This document shows, in pieces, positions 11,985 to 23,818 of a stretch of 64,000 nt of DNA. The stretch covers positions 5,332,001-5,396,000 of the forward strand of contig JBHGNT010000014.1 of the NCBI GenBank assembly GCA_043228905.1. The letters run 5' to 3'. The DNA comes from Azolla caroliniana. Its lineage: Eukaryota; Plantae; Polypodiophyta. Numbering within the stretch: position 1 is the first letter of the stretch; the number at the start of each line of letters is the position of its first letter. Position numbers and translations under genes: made by a program. Below the pieces are notes generated by a model. It ran no database searches. It had not been told where the DNA came from and saw only the letters and a program-made list of their open reading frames with translations.

Positions 11985-14240
11985 TAATGTAATTATTGAT
12001 TATGATTCTTAATGTTCATACCAATGGCTCCATAGAGGAAAACCATATGATGCATACAGGATTTCTCAAATTGGTGATTGAATCATATACCTGTACAGTT
12101 TAAACTTTATGAGAATACACCCGCACTTTTTAAATAAGTTAAACAACGACAGAATATAGGATACCATTAATGGTTAGATTAATATTAATCATATTACAAC
12201 GATAATACTAATGGCAAATGGGGCATGAGTTAACACCCATAATTCGAGTTTATTGACATGGATTATTATGGGTGTTAATTTGAGCCCATGAGTAACACTA
12301 CCCATATTTGGGAATGGTTTTGCTAGCATAGTTAGAGCCAAGGTGTTGAGCCACTCACAAATAACACTATTAATTATCTTTTATAAAATGTTTATTAGTC
12401 TAATAAAGGAGTGATATTGGCAATGATATCACTACATGCTAATAAGACTTGTGAAGATACCACCCATGAAACCAATGTTATCGAGGGTGATTGAAGTAAT
12501 CTTCTTCTATTGCTAGCATCATTAGGTTAGGATCATACCTCTTCTTAATGGTAATATACCTATACTAGAATTTGCAAGGTAGGATAGCATACACACATTT
12601 TGATACCCATGGCAACATGCACATGTTAATGCAATTTCCAAGTTACTTGGATCCATGATGCCCACAAAAAATGTGGGATGTGAGCTTCACCATGAGGATA
12701 TATTTTCAAACATTCATAACAATTTGGTATTCACTTGGTACTCAAGATTAAGAAGGTATTAAATTAATATACACTCAAGCACCCATAGAGTTTGTGCCAT
12801 TGTCAAGGCTCCTGTCGAGGAGGGTCATGCCGAAACATTTCACAGATCGGAGTGGGAGAAGCCTCAAGCTTAGGAGCCACATTAATATGCATTGGCACAA
12901 GGATAAAGATGTCAAGGGGGAAGGAAGTAGGTAAATCACTAGGATGATTGTTTTTGGTGTCCACATAAGAATATCATGCACCATGAACCACCACCACCCA
13001 ATTCAACACTTCATCTTTGTTCAATGTCCATCAAAGGAGAGCCCCTGGGTTCATTCCCACGCTAAAATATCGAGCACCCAACTTGCTTGTTTGCTCCAAC
13101 TCCATACTACTCTCGCTACCCTTCTTCGTCCTCGTCTTTGTCCTTCTTGATTTCATGCACTTGTCCGATTCGATTGTTTGAGTGGTAGAATCGAGTACCT
13201 TTGCACTTGATGCGTCTTGAGTGAGTACATGGGAGCCGATAACATGTTGAGCATCCATATCTTCACAAGACACTACACTAGACCTTACGCTAAAGCAATG
13301 CATCATCTTGGTTATCATGATTAAAAAGGAATGTAAGAAGTTTGTCTTCACAATATGGAATGTGGGAATTAGAGATAGATAGATTGGTTGATAGATTTTA
13401 TTATGGTCCTTGGGGGCAGAGAGGGAAAATGTGTGTTGTAATGTGATATGTGTCCTTTTATTATATATGAATGCTATGAGTTGGATGCCTTGTTAACCAA
13501 GTCAATTTGGTATTCATTCTATTATTCAAGTCCATGGACTTGGTGACCAAGCTATTTATCACTTGGGAAGAGTTTACTTGAAAAAGGGAGAGAATTAAAA
13601 AACGAAAAAAAGACATAGGACCCATTACTCAAAGAAAGAGAAAAAGGAAATCTTAAGAAATTGCTCAGAAACTAGAAAGGAAAGAGAGAAAATGAGATAG
13701 AATTTGATCCTTGGGGAGAGAGGGAAAATGTGTGTTGTAATGTGATGTTTGGATGCCTAGTTAACCAAGTCAATTTGCCATCTATTATCCTATTTATTCA
13801 AAGTCAATTGCCTTAGTGATCAAGGTATTCATTACTTTGAAAAAGTTCATTTAAAAAAGCGAAAGTATATAGAAAGGACCCATGAACCAAAGAGAGAACA
13901 AATCTTAAGGATTTGCTCGGAAAGTGGGCATTATCGCCAATTTTTTGCCAAGTCATGTGCTACCTAAATTTTAATGTGGGGATTATCAACAAAATCTTTT
14001 TAAATACGTATGATTGATGTGTGTGGCCCTTGTTATTATAATGAGGTTATGATTTCTTTGTAAGTTTGTGCAGTGTAACCACCTATTCTCACAAATGTTC
14101 CCTTTTCTCATTCCATGGCATTGTTTGACTACTTCATTCCTGTTGGCATGTTTTTTTGTTGGGTTTCGTACAAACAGCTCTTAGGTTGTGTTATTTATCA
14201 TTTCGAGGAGCCTACTTCAATTTGAATCTTCCTATAAATG
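11985..14240. repeat. Segmental/tandem duplication copy 2
   Basis: Homologous to 8695-11445. Has its own diverged internal duplication (about 13410-13680 vs 13710-13930). Confidence 0.85.
13031..13318 (-). CDS. Candidate small single-exon protein (95 aa), copy 2
   Basis: MITKMMHCF...KLGARYFSVGMNPGALL. 288 nt like copy 1, no indels, last 33 aa identical. Confidence 0.5.
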   Translation of the reverse strand: MITKMMHCFSVRSSVVSCEDMDAQHVIGSHVLTQDASSAKVLDSTTQTIESDKCMKSRRTKTRTKKGSESSMELEQTSKLGARYFSVGMNPGALL

Positions 14241-14727
14241 GCCATCTAGGCATTGCTTGTTAAGCGAGCCAATATTTTAATAAAAAAACATGTTTTTCTT
14301 TTTACGTAGTTCACTTTATAATTGGTAATGTGTCGCAATCAATAACACATGAATATAAACATTGAAAAGAATCGGTTGAAAGGTAGGTGATACATGGCTT
14401 CAGATACTCAGAATATCCACTAATATACTCCTGCTGCCAATGACATATACTCATGTCACTAATTACATATATTGATACATGCAAAGTCTATATAGTATAT
14501 ACTCATGGTATGTATACTAATGACATATACTCATGTCACTAATGACATCCTAGTGTGAGTAAAATATGCGATACTGACATACACTCATGTCACTCATGGC
14601 ATACTAATGCCACTATTACATGCAGGACACAACGACATACATGGATGCCAGGGAATCTTATTATGTCAATAAAAACATAAATACGCTTGTGTGCGTGTGT
14701 GTGTGTGTGTTGTGGGTATAATCTTTT

Positions 14728-17700
14728 TCAGTGGTTGGAGCAATCTCGGAATGGGTCTCGAGACATACTTAGTCTTGGTGCTGTACTCATACTTAGTCTT
14801 GGGGCTGTACTCATACTAAGTCTTGGGGCTGTACTCATACTAAGCCTTGGTGGGGGCACCATATGTATGTGGCTTAACCTTTTCATGGCCTTCAATTTGT
14901 TTTGAAGATCCTCTCCAGTTGCACTTTGGAGGAGCAGCACAAGAGAGTGATGGTGAGCCACAGCTTCAGTCACCTTCCTCTCCCCTGCCCTTCTAACATA
15001 AAGAGGTGCATTTTGTGGCAGCCTTGCCAAGGACCTATCCACATTTGAAAAAAAAACTAAATATAAATACATAGTAAAAACAGTGTCTCCAGCAGAGTGA
15101 GAAAAATGATTGAAAACAGCCCAATATGCAAGCATTTATTGCATGTTGAAGCACACAACTATAAAGTTATAAAAAAGGTTTCCTCATTCTAAGAACTTTA
15201 ATGCATGCTACTTATGCTCAGGTCAAGTGAAGGTTTACAAGAAGAAGAGATTCTCTAACTCACCTGGCCTCCACCTCCACTTTCTTCTCCAACATATGAC
15301 TTAGGTTGTAAAGCCTCTTCACCACAACAGGTTTCTTCCTAACAGCCTCCAACCCACATGGAACTTTGCATACCAGCAGCAGAAGCTTTATAACCTTCGA
15401 TTGAACTTCTTCATTAGTCCTGAGAGACCGGACATTCAAAGCACAGACTCAAGTAGGTCATTCACCATCCAAGATTACAAGACCTTAGGTTTTTCTCCAT
15501 CACAACAAAAAGGCATTTACCCAAAATTTATGAAAGAAAACAGTGGAAGGGCACCTTAGTATCTGTTCAGCAATGATTAGAATTGATGAAGGCGGATTAG
15601 CCACAAGAGCTGCAAACTCTGGATAGCGAGCAAGGTTTCCTAAGATTGACAGGGAATGCTTCAGAATTTCCTCATGAGGAGGACTACGATTGGTGGTTTG
15701 AATAAGCTGCAATAACTTTGGTATGGCTCCTGCTTCTAGCAATCTTTCACAACATAGTTTGGAGTGTTGAGTTGCCAAATCTGAAATCACATCAGGTTGA
15801 ATTAGATTTGGCATTTTGAAGCTTGGGTCTTACTGTACTATATATAACTATTCACATACAAACATACATATGTATGGATATACGGGTGTACAACGTGACC
15901 ATGTACCCATGTTTAACAAAAGATACATGTGCACACAGAAATATCAATATATTTATGTCTACACAGGGAGCAACATATATTAGTATACATCAAAAACCTA
16001 CCAATGGTTGCACATGTATGGAGAATGCCACTGACTGTTTTCTGACTAAGAAGAGCTGCCAATGCCTCAGTAATTCGATACTCTAGACGCATCTTTTGAT
16101 CAACATTTGCAGCTGTATTCTGCATTCGTTGTCGCAGTGCAGAAAGCTCTTCTTTCAAGTGGTTACTTCTCTGTCTTACCAAAATGCCTCTCCATAGTGC
16201 CTGTTTGTTCATCATCAAGAAGATTTCAGAGGGCCATAAAGCTATTAATAATTAAAACGTGTTGAGTCATAAAGCATAGAAAACCATGTAAACCTGAATG
16301 ACAATTATATTCATCTTTCTTTTGTTATATATCTTGCATGCTCGCCAACCACGGAAATGCCGTTGAATTGTAATGGCCGCATCATTCCGATAAGATAGCA
16401 TTTGTAAATAGCCAAGCTCACGCTCTCTTGAATCTGATTCAGCATTGTTTGTTACCATTATATGTGCAGATGTAGCTATCGGTTCTTCAGAGGAGCCAGA
16501 GATTTCCTGCCAATTGAAACATTTTCCATTAGCTATAGTTGGCACATCATGCCCACAGATTATAAATGCATCAATTAGCAAACGAACAGCACATTTTACG
16601 CATATCATTCTAATGCTATCATACCTTTTGGATGTGTATTACATAGACCTGCCTTTGAATCCATCCTCTATAGTAAGCTTGAATAATAGTAGCTGCCCTT
16701 GCTAATTTCCCATACCTCCATGCACTTTGAATCTTTTTAGCTGCACGCTTTTGCCTGAGATTCAAGAGATTTCTCTGGAAAATATACTCTCGAACGCATC
16801 TCTGAATTACAACTGCTGAATCTCTATAAAGAAGAAATTCTCTTCGTTCCCTTTTACACCGAAACAAGGCTTGCACTCTTATTAAAGCTTCTCTCAACAA
16901 TTCATACCTCCTTTGTTGGATTCTCCCCCGAAACAAGGCTTGAATTTTCAGTGTGTACTTTCGTAATTCTTGATATTTCTGCCTTTCTTGTTTCCTTCTG
17001 ACAAAAGCTTGGATTCTGACTACAACTTCTCTAAGCCTCTTGTATTGCATTCTACATATGTAAGACCGCAAAGAGTTCTGAATATTCACAGTAGATGCCC
17101 GAAGTTTTAAAAAGGATTGCCTTGCAAGTTGTGCTCGCCAAAAAGCCTGTACTTTGACAACACTTTCTTTCAGCTTTTTGTATCGCATTCTACATATGGA
17201 AGACCGCAAACGATTTTGAAGATAGATGGTACATGTTCGAAGCCTCAAAAAGGATTCCCTAACAATCCGCCCTCGCCAAAAAGCTTGGATCCTCACGGCT
17301 GCCCGTTGCTTTGTAGCATACTTTATCTCTTCAATCCTCTTAGCATGAAAACTCCTCCAGCTGCTTTGAATCATCTTTACCGACTCCAACAATTTACAGT
17401 ACCTCAAGCGCTCATATCTGCATCTTACGATAGCTTGAACCTTCACTAAATTATGTCTATAAGTCCGATATTTATTCATCTCTAAGTGGACCCTTATACA
17501 TTTCTGAATAACAATAGCAGCTTCTCTTTCGATGAGAAAGCTTCTCCTCGTGCTGAATCTTCGCCAAACACATTGGATTTTGGTCACAGCTTCTTCTTTC
17601 TGCTTTCTTATAGTCACTGTTCTTTTCCAGCACCTCTGAACAATTACCACCGCATTTCTATACTTCAGGTATCTCATTCGTACATATCTGCCTCTGGTTA

Positions 17701-20700
17701 GAGCTTGGATCATCACCACATTCTCTCTAAATATCAGGTACTTCTCCCTCTGCTTAATTGATCGAAAAAAACTCTGAATCAGAACAGAAGCTGTTCTTTG
17801 CTTAAGGAAGATCTTTCTCATCACACTCATTCGCCAGAAAGCTTGAATTTTTCGTGCTGCAAAATTCAGTTGAGATTCCTTCATTTTAGCTCTCCATCGA
17901 TTTTGAATAATCAAGCAAGCTCTTCTTTGATTTAAAAACATCTGACGAGAGCACCGAGCCCTCCAAAAGCTTTGTATCCAAAAGACTTGTCTTTTAAGTA
18001 AACTAAGTTGGCATCTCACAAGCCATCCTCGGGCATATGCTTGAATAAGGATTGCCGATCTTATCTGATTCTCATGTAAAGATTCTTCTATAGGGAAAGA
18101 CTTCCTCTTTATCCACCTCTTTACATGTGATTGAATAACAACCACTGCATCAAACTCTCTCCTTACCACAGCCTTCTGCTGCAATTTGCAACCTTGTATG
18201 TTCGTAGTTGTTATGCCTATTTAGTAAGGATGCCTCTTAGTTTCGTACGAGAAGAGATAGGCAATGAGTAACAATGTACTATATAAATACCTTTGAGCTC
18301 TTGCTCTGATTCCAGCATAGCGATAGCCCCGAATGAAGACTGAACATTTATAGCTGGTCTGTCTGTCAAAGAAATCCATATCATGATTTTGTAAGAGAAC
18401 ATAATCTCGTAAAGATAGAAAAAAACAATGTCCAGGGCACATACGTTTGCACTCTTCTTCTGAATCATTGAGTTGAGATTCCATTAGAACTTCACACTCC
18501 AGCTTGGAAAATTCCAGGTCTGCATTCCATCCTAATGCGCAGTTTTTCTCATTTATCTGATAAGCACCATTGAAAAAACTACTCATTGACTTTAAATATC
18601 ATAAGAATTACAAAACAGAATAAAAAGGAAGAATTCCATAGAGTTGCCAAAGTTTATGAGTATATAAGTACATATTTCTGTTCTAATGTCTAAACCAAAG
18701 ATATTAACATCATGTTTGTGACCCACAAATCTTAACTTCGAGGTTATGACTGACATACCTTGGGTCTGATCTCTATGAGTCTATGGTAAAGGAATGTGAG
18801 AGCAATAATAACACTCTGTTCACACACAAACGGATTGCCATCCATAAAATATGTTGATTGTAATACCTGCAATATATTAGAATTTCCATGTTAAAAACTA
18901 GCAAGCATAGAGAATTGTTTGTAATCTTGTCATGTTTTCAAGTTTCAACTAACCTCTGGTATATGTCCAAGCTTACGGATTGCAACAAGGAACAGATCTA
19001 GGTTTTGGGCAGCACAGATATTATTTTCTGGAGTAAATAAAAAGGTTTCTTTTGTAGTGCTCTGAAATTCTGCAGTTTCCCCTGTATTCTGCAGAAAAGC
19101 TTAACATTTTGAACAAAGGTTTTATGTTTAACATGAAATCTAAGAGAAGTAGAATATTAGGAAGGACAAGAACCTGTTGGAATGAAGATGATCTTGGAAT
19201 CTTTATTGCTGTCTTTGGTAGAAGTGCAGGGAAATAGTAGTTAATCAAGTAACAAAGAGCTTGTCCATCAGCAAATGATGATGTGAAATCTTTCACTGGA
19301 AAACCCGACTTCATTGATATAACCTGCATAAATTTACATATGCTTTTCGTAGAAGGCCTTTCAATTGTTATGAACGGCAAGTACAACCCTTCAATTTTCA
19401 GAAATGCATAAGGGTTGTACAAACACATTGGATTTTGATCATTACTATTTGTCCTATGGTTAATTCCATATAGGAGTGCATTTGTTGGTGTAGAATACAA
19501 AATATATAACACCAATGGTCTGGAGCTTTCAAACAATGAGGATGTACAAGTGGTATCAAAGCATTTCTAGATCATTTCGACTTCAGCTATGTAATTATGG
19601 TAAAGATGCCTGTACCTGTGCCCATAGTAGCAGTAAATTGATAAGAGACACAAAATCCCCTTTACTGGAAGCCTTCAAACCAACAAAATATTGAGGTAAA
19701 TACATTTCCAACAAAAAGAATTTACGGCCCTTCACATTTATAAATTGTTCCATATTTTATATATACCAGTGCACATGGTTGAATATGATGAATTTCTTCA
19801 TGAAGTCTCTTAACGTTCACTAGCATTGGCATCTGATCCAAATGACAAGCTCGTAGTCAGACACGATGAGACAAGAAACCAAGTAAGACTCTCCAAAGCA
19901 TATATGCTCGACAAAAATACCATTCGCAGATTTTCTTTTAAATACATTGTTCTGCAGAAATACTAAATAGTTCATGGCATTCTTACTTGCAAATGAAGCA
20001 TGATGTTCCAAAGAAGAGAAACAACTTTTTCTTGGTACCCCCCCGCCAGATCATCAGCTGTGATTATACGTCCGCATGAGTCTAGGAGCGGTACTCCTGC
20101 ACTTTGCAATCGTTCTAAAGCAACCCTACAATTATGGATATGACGTCTTGGTCGATCTGATGGAAGCTTTACCTTCTGCCATCCAAAAAACACATTATGT
20201 TATTAACTGATAGAAACAATACTCTTATACTTAAAGTAGGTGTAAATTACAAGTTTTGGTATAGCCTTTACCATAAGAATAGAAGTATCACCAAGAAGTA
20301 TTTGTACTAGTCGGCATAGACGCACACCATCTTGAAGGTCTTCTATTAAGTTGTTTACCTCAAAGTTGTAATCTGCTAAACCAGCCTGAAGATGCATTCA
20401 AATTATTTAGACCAAGGATAGTAAATGAAGCAATTAAGTCAGCAAAAGTATATACAGACAAACAATACAATGGAACTTCAATCAAAGAATGACCTGAACA
20501 TGCGTGACATGGTATCGCAGGACACCTAGATGTCCAACAACATCACCTTCACCATGCATTGAGTTGAGGAGAAATTCTGTGAAAACAAGATATTGGTCCA
20601 CTTTCCATATTTATTGTTGAAAAAGCTGAATGCAATTTCTGACATCCACAGCCTTTTTTACCTTGTAAAGCCTGTCGACTTGACTTAATATTTCTGTTTA

Positions 20701-23164
20701 TGTGAAACAAGCGAGGTGAGCCACCATCGATTCCATCGATGCCACATGCCAGTGGAAGAGTTCTCTCACATTTTGCCTTGTCTAGAGTGAGGACAAACAA
20801 AAGGAGTCTCTTCAATATCACTCTACCCAAAGCCTCATTATATCCTTGTTTGTACAATCCTTCAATTTTCCTGCAATTCAACATTTTCCACTAATATATC
20901 CTTTGGCAACACATCCCTGAAAAGAAATATATATATTTCCATTTGAAAATGATGAGCACGTAAAGAAAACTAACTTGTTCGTTGCATGGTGCTTTGCCAA
21001 TCCAGGATGAGTCATGAAGTGTCTCTCTATAATCCATCTTAGAACTGTATTTTGGGTTTCTTTCTCCTCCTCAGCATTCTGTTGGCTGGAGCAGTCGAAT
21101 GGGCATTCAAGCTTATCTGAGACAAGAAGAGCACCATGACCAAGTACTACATGCAAACCCATTTTCAACCATGGAGTGTTGTAACTCAGCATAGCTTGTA
21201 TAAACTTTTCCTTGAGGGCCACATCAGTTAACATGGTATATCCATCCTTCATTTTTAATCTACCCTCATCAATATGCTGTAAAACAATATAAAACAGACA
21301 TCCCAACATTTAAGGCTGTGTAGAAATATGCATTTGAGGATTATATTTATCCTTCCCTTCATTTTTAATCTACCCTCATCAATATGCTGTAAAACAATAT
21401 AAAACAGACATCCCAACATTTAAGGCTGTGTAGAAATATGCATTTGAGGATTATATTTATCCTTCCCCTTTAATCTACCCTCAATTAAATGAGACAGGGT
21501 CAATTCAAAACTACATATCGCATATAAGCAAAATTCAGAATTTAGAATTATATGAGTAACATCAGGATTATATCCAGCCTTCATCTTTAATCTACGCTCA
21601 AGTATATGCTGCACAAATCAATTTAAAAGAAAATTTTTAATATTGACTGGGATCAGCATATGGGGGACATATGAAAGTATTAGGGTTACATAGAGGATAC
21701 TTGAACTTAGGGTCAGGGGAAACAATTTTTGGGGGTTATAAACAAGTTACTATGGTTATATGAATAAACCTAGATCTACATGATTCAATGTTTTCAGAAA
21801 AAAGTGGTAGGTTTACATAAAACAATTTAGAGTTAGATTAAGAAAATTAGAGCTGTCGATTTAGTTTAACAAAGTTGGGTTACATAGACAAAAATAGGGC
21901 TACACAAATTTAATGTTATATATACAAAAATTTAGAGACTCACTTTTGCCAAATTGATCATGGTGTGTATGACATCTTCTCTGCTTTTCACATTGAGCAA
22001 TGGTTCAAGCCGAGAACGGAGTACCGAGATGGAGCATATGGGTAGCAAGGAGGCATCCAAAGGAAGATTTTCTTTCATCAACTTTGGTTTAGAAGAACTA
22101 TTTCTTCTATCAGACATCAGAAACTGCCTCCCCAATGGGCTGTCCAATAGCGTAAATTTTTCAGCCTTAATGGACGAATGTGTTGTTCCACTATGATCAT
22201 GCACAGAAGAAGAGATTATAGATGACCTGTCACTGCTTAACATACAACAACTAGTCTCCGAATCGGTATCATTCATTCCAAATTTCTTCACTTCCACAGG
22301 TTCAGGAAGAGTATCACACATACCAGATTTCTTCATTCGAGAAAGTTCAAGAATTGCCTCATTAATGCCACAATTTTTTGTGAGGATAGGCTCAAGATTT
22401 GTATTCATACCACAATTTCTAGCTTGCAAAGGCTCGGTCAGAGTACCAATTATATCACGGCTGTTTGCTCGTTTTGTCTGAAGCATTGTATCAGTCACGC
22501 CACAATTCTTTCCTTGGATAGGCTCAAGACTGGTATGAGTCATTCCACAATTTTCACCTCGCATAGAAGGCAGGGGAAGTTTATTCAGCATACCACATTT
22601 CCTCGCATGCATCGGTTCAAGAATAACATGATTAAGCCAAGCTAAATAAGCCTTTTCTTGAGCTTCGAGAGAGATTTTACTTCGATCTTGCTCATTTCGG
22701 GAAGCTTCAATTCGTTCGCTTTCCATCTCTTTGAGCTTCATAGCCGCCTTTTGCTTGATTTTCTTGGAAGACAAAGGAATTGGGCATTTTGTCTGCGACA
22801 ATGGAGTGCTAGGAAAGAGGTTTTCTTGGGAGAAATTAAGTTTCGCGACAGAGCTTCTTCTTATGGGGCTACAGAAATGATGATCGGTTCCAAACTTGAA
22901 AGTACTGTGAGTAGCATGAGAGGTCTCACCTTTCGTAGAGGAAGAAGAAGAAGAAGATGATGATGATGATGAAACCCTTCTATATTTCTCATCTGTGTGA
23001 GGAAGAGTTCTCTGCTGTTGAGGAGGTTTGCTCAGAGGGGTTTTCTGTGCAGACGGAGGAAGAGAAACCCCCTCACTGATGCGACCATCTGAAGAATAAG
23101 TGAAGATTAGGGAGGTCTGACGAAGATGCTGATGGTTTTGGGATTCGGCTCTTTGAGAAGCCAT
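14728..23164 (-). CDS. ASPM: Abnormal spindle-like microcephaly-associated protein homolog (CH domains, IQ array, ARM-like C-terminus), 19 exons
   Basis: GT-AG exons assembled in frame by eye: 23164-21944, 21276-20975, 20870-20662, 20576-20494, 20385-20272, 20175-19987, 19832-19767, 19672-19616, 19323-19174, 19088-18954, 18866-18759, 18589-18445, 18362-18291, 18216-16625 (alt. donor 16649), 16506-16294, 16200-16002, 15780-15555, 15419-15264, 15034-14728. Motifs AWLN, HIDEGRL, LSYNTPWLKMGL, MHGEGD, DLQDGVRLCRL, LLWNI, FADGQAL, many IQxxxR, NRSPPH. Confidence 0.93.
14763..14852 (-). repeat. Coding 24-bp tandem repeat (PRLSMSTA x about 4) in last ASPM exon
   Basis: CATACT(T/A)AG(T/C)CTTGG(T/G)GCTGTACT repeated in frame. 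Confidence 0.9.
21246..21612 (-). repeat. About 110-bp tandem copies of the ASPM intron-1/exon-2 junction
   Basis: Essentially exact 110-bp duplication (21251 vs 21361) plus two diverged copies near 21470 and 21580. Confidence 0.85.
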
Positions 23165-23310
23165 TGATCGATCGATCGATGAGAGAGAAAGGAAGGCTCC
23201 CTTTCTTAATCACAGGCATGTATTGGGGGGGGTTCCTTCAGAAACAGAAACAGAGGAGGAGGAGGAAGAAGCCATAGCTGAATAATGAAGCCATAGTTCA
23301 GAGAAGGCAA

Positions 23311-23330
23311 GGCGCGAATAGAGACCGTTG
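23311..23330 (-). promoter_or_regulatory. Adjacent MSA-like (CAACGGTC) and E2F-like (ATTCGCGC) cell-cycle elements
   Basis: Matches the AACGG core and WTTSSCSS consensus about 150-165 nt upstream of the ASPM ATG. Confidence 0.4.
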
Positions 23331-23415
23331 CAAAAAGCTCAATGTGTATACATACACAAAAGAGAAAGGAGAAAATGAAATGAAAGAAAGAAGAAGAAGG
23401 AGGAGGAGGAGGAGG

Positions 23416-23770
23416 TATGTTGTATGTATGTATGTATGTATGTATGTATGTATGTATATGTGTATCATGTATGTATGTATGTATGTATATGTGTATCATG
23501 TATGTATGTATATGTGTATCATGTATGTATGTATGTATGTATGTATGTATGTATGTATGTATGTATGTATATGTGTATCATGTATGTATGTATGTGTGTA
23601 TGTATGTATGTATGTATGTATATGTGTATCATGTATGTATGTATGTATGTATGTATGTATGTATGTATGTATGTATGTATGTATGTATATATGTATGTAT
23701 GTATGTGTGTGTCTATGTTTCTATGTATGTATGTATGTATGTGTGTGTGTATGTTTCTATGTATGTGTGT

Positions 23771-23817
<47 letters not shown>
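23416..23817. repeat. Compound microsatellite (TATG)n/(TG)n
   Basis: Direct reading. Recurrent TATATGTGTATCA interruptions. Confidence 0.97.

Positions 23818-23818
<1 letters not shown>

Noticed and set aside
18217-18586. Apparent frameshift or pseudogenisation of ASPM before the IQ exon
   Set aside because: Two short GT-AG introns (18444-18363 and 18290-18217) restore a continuous frame.
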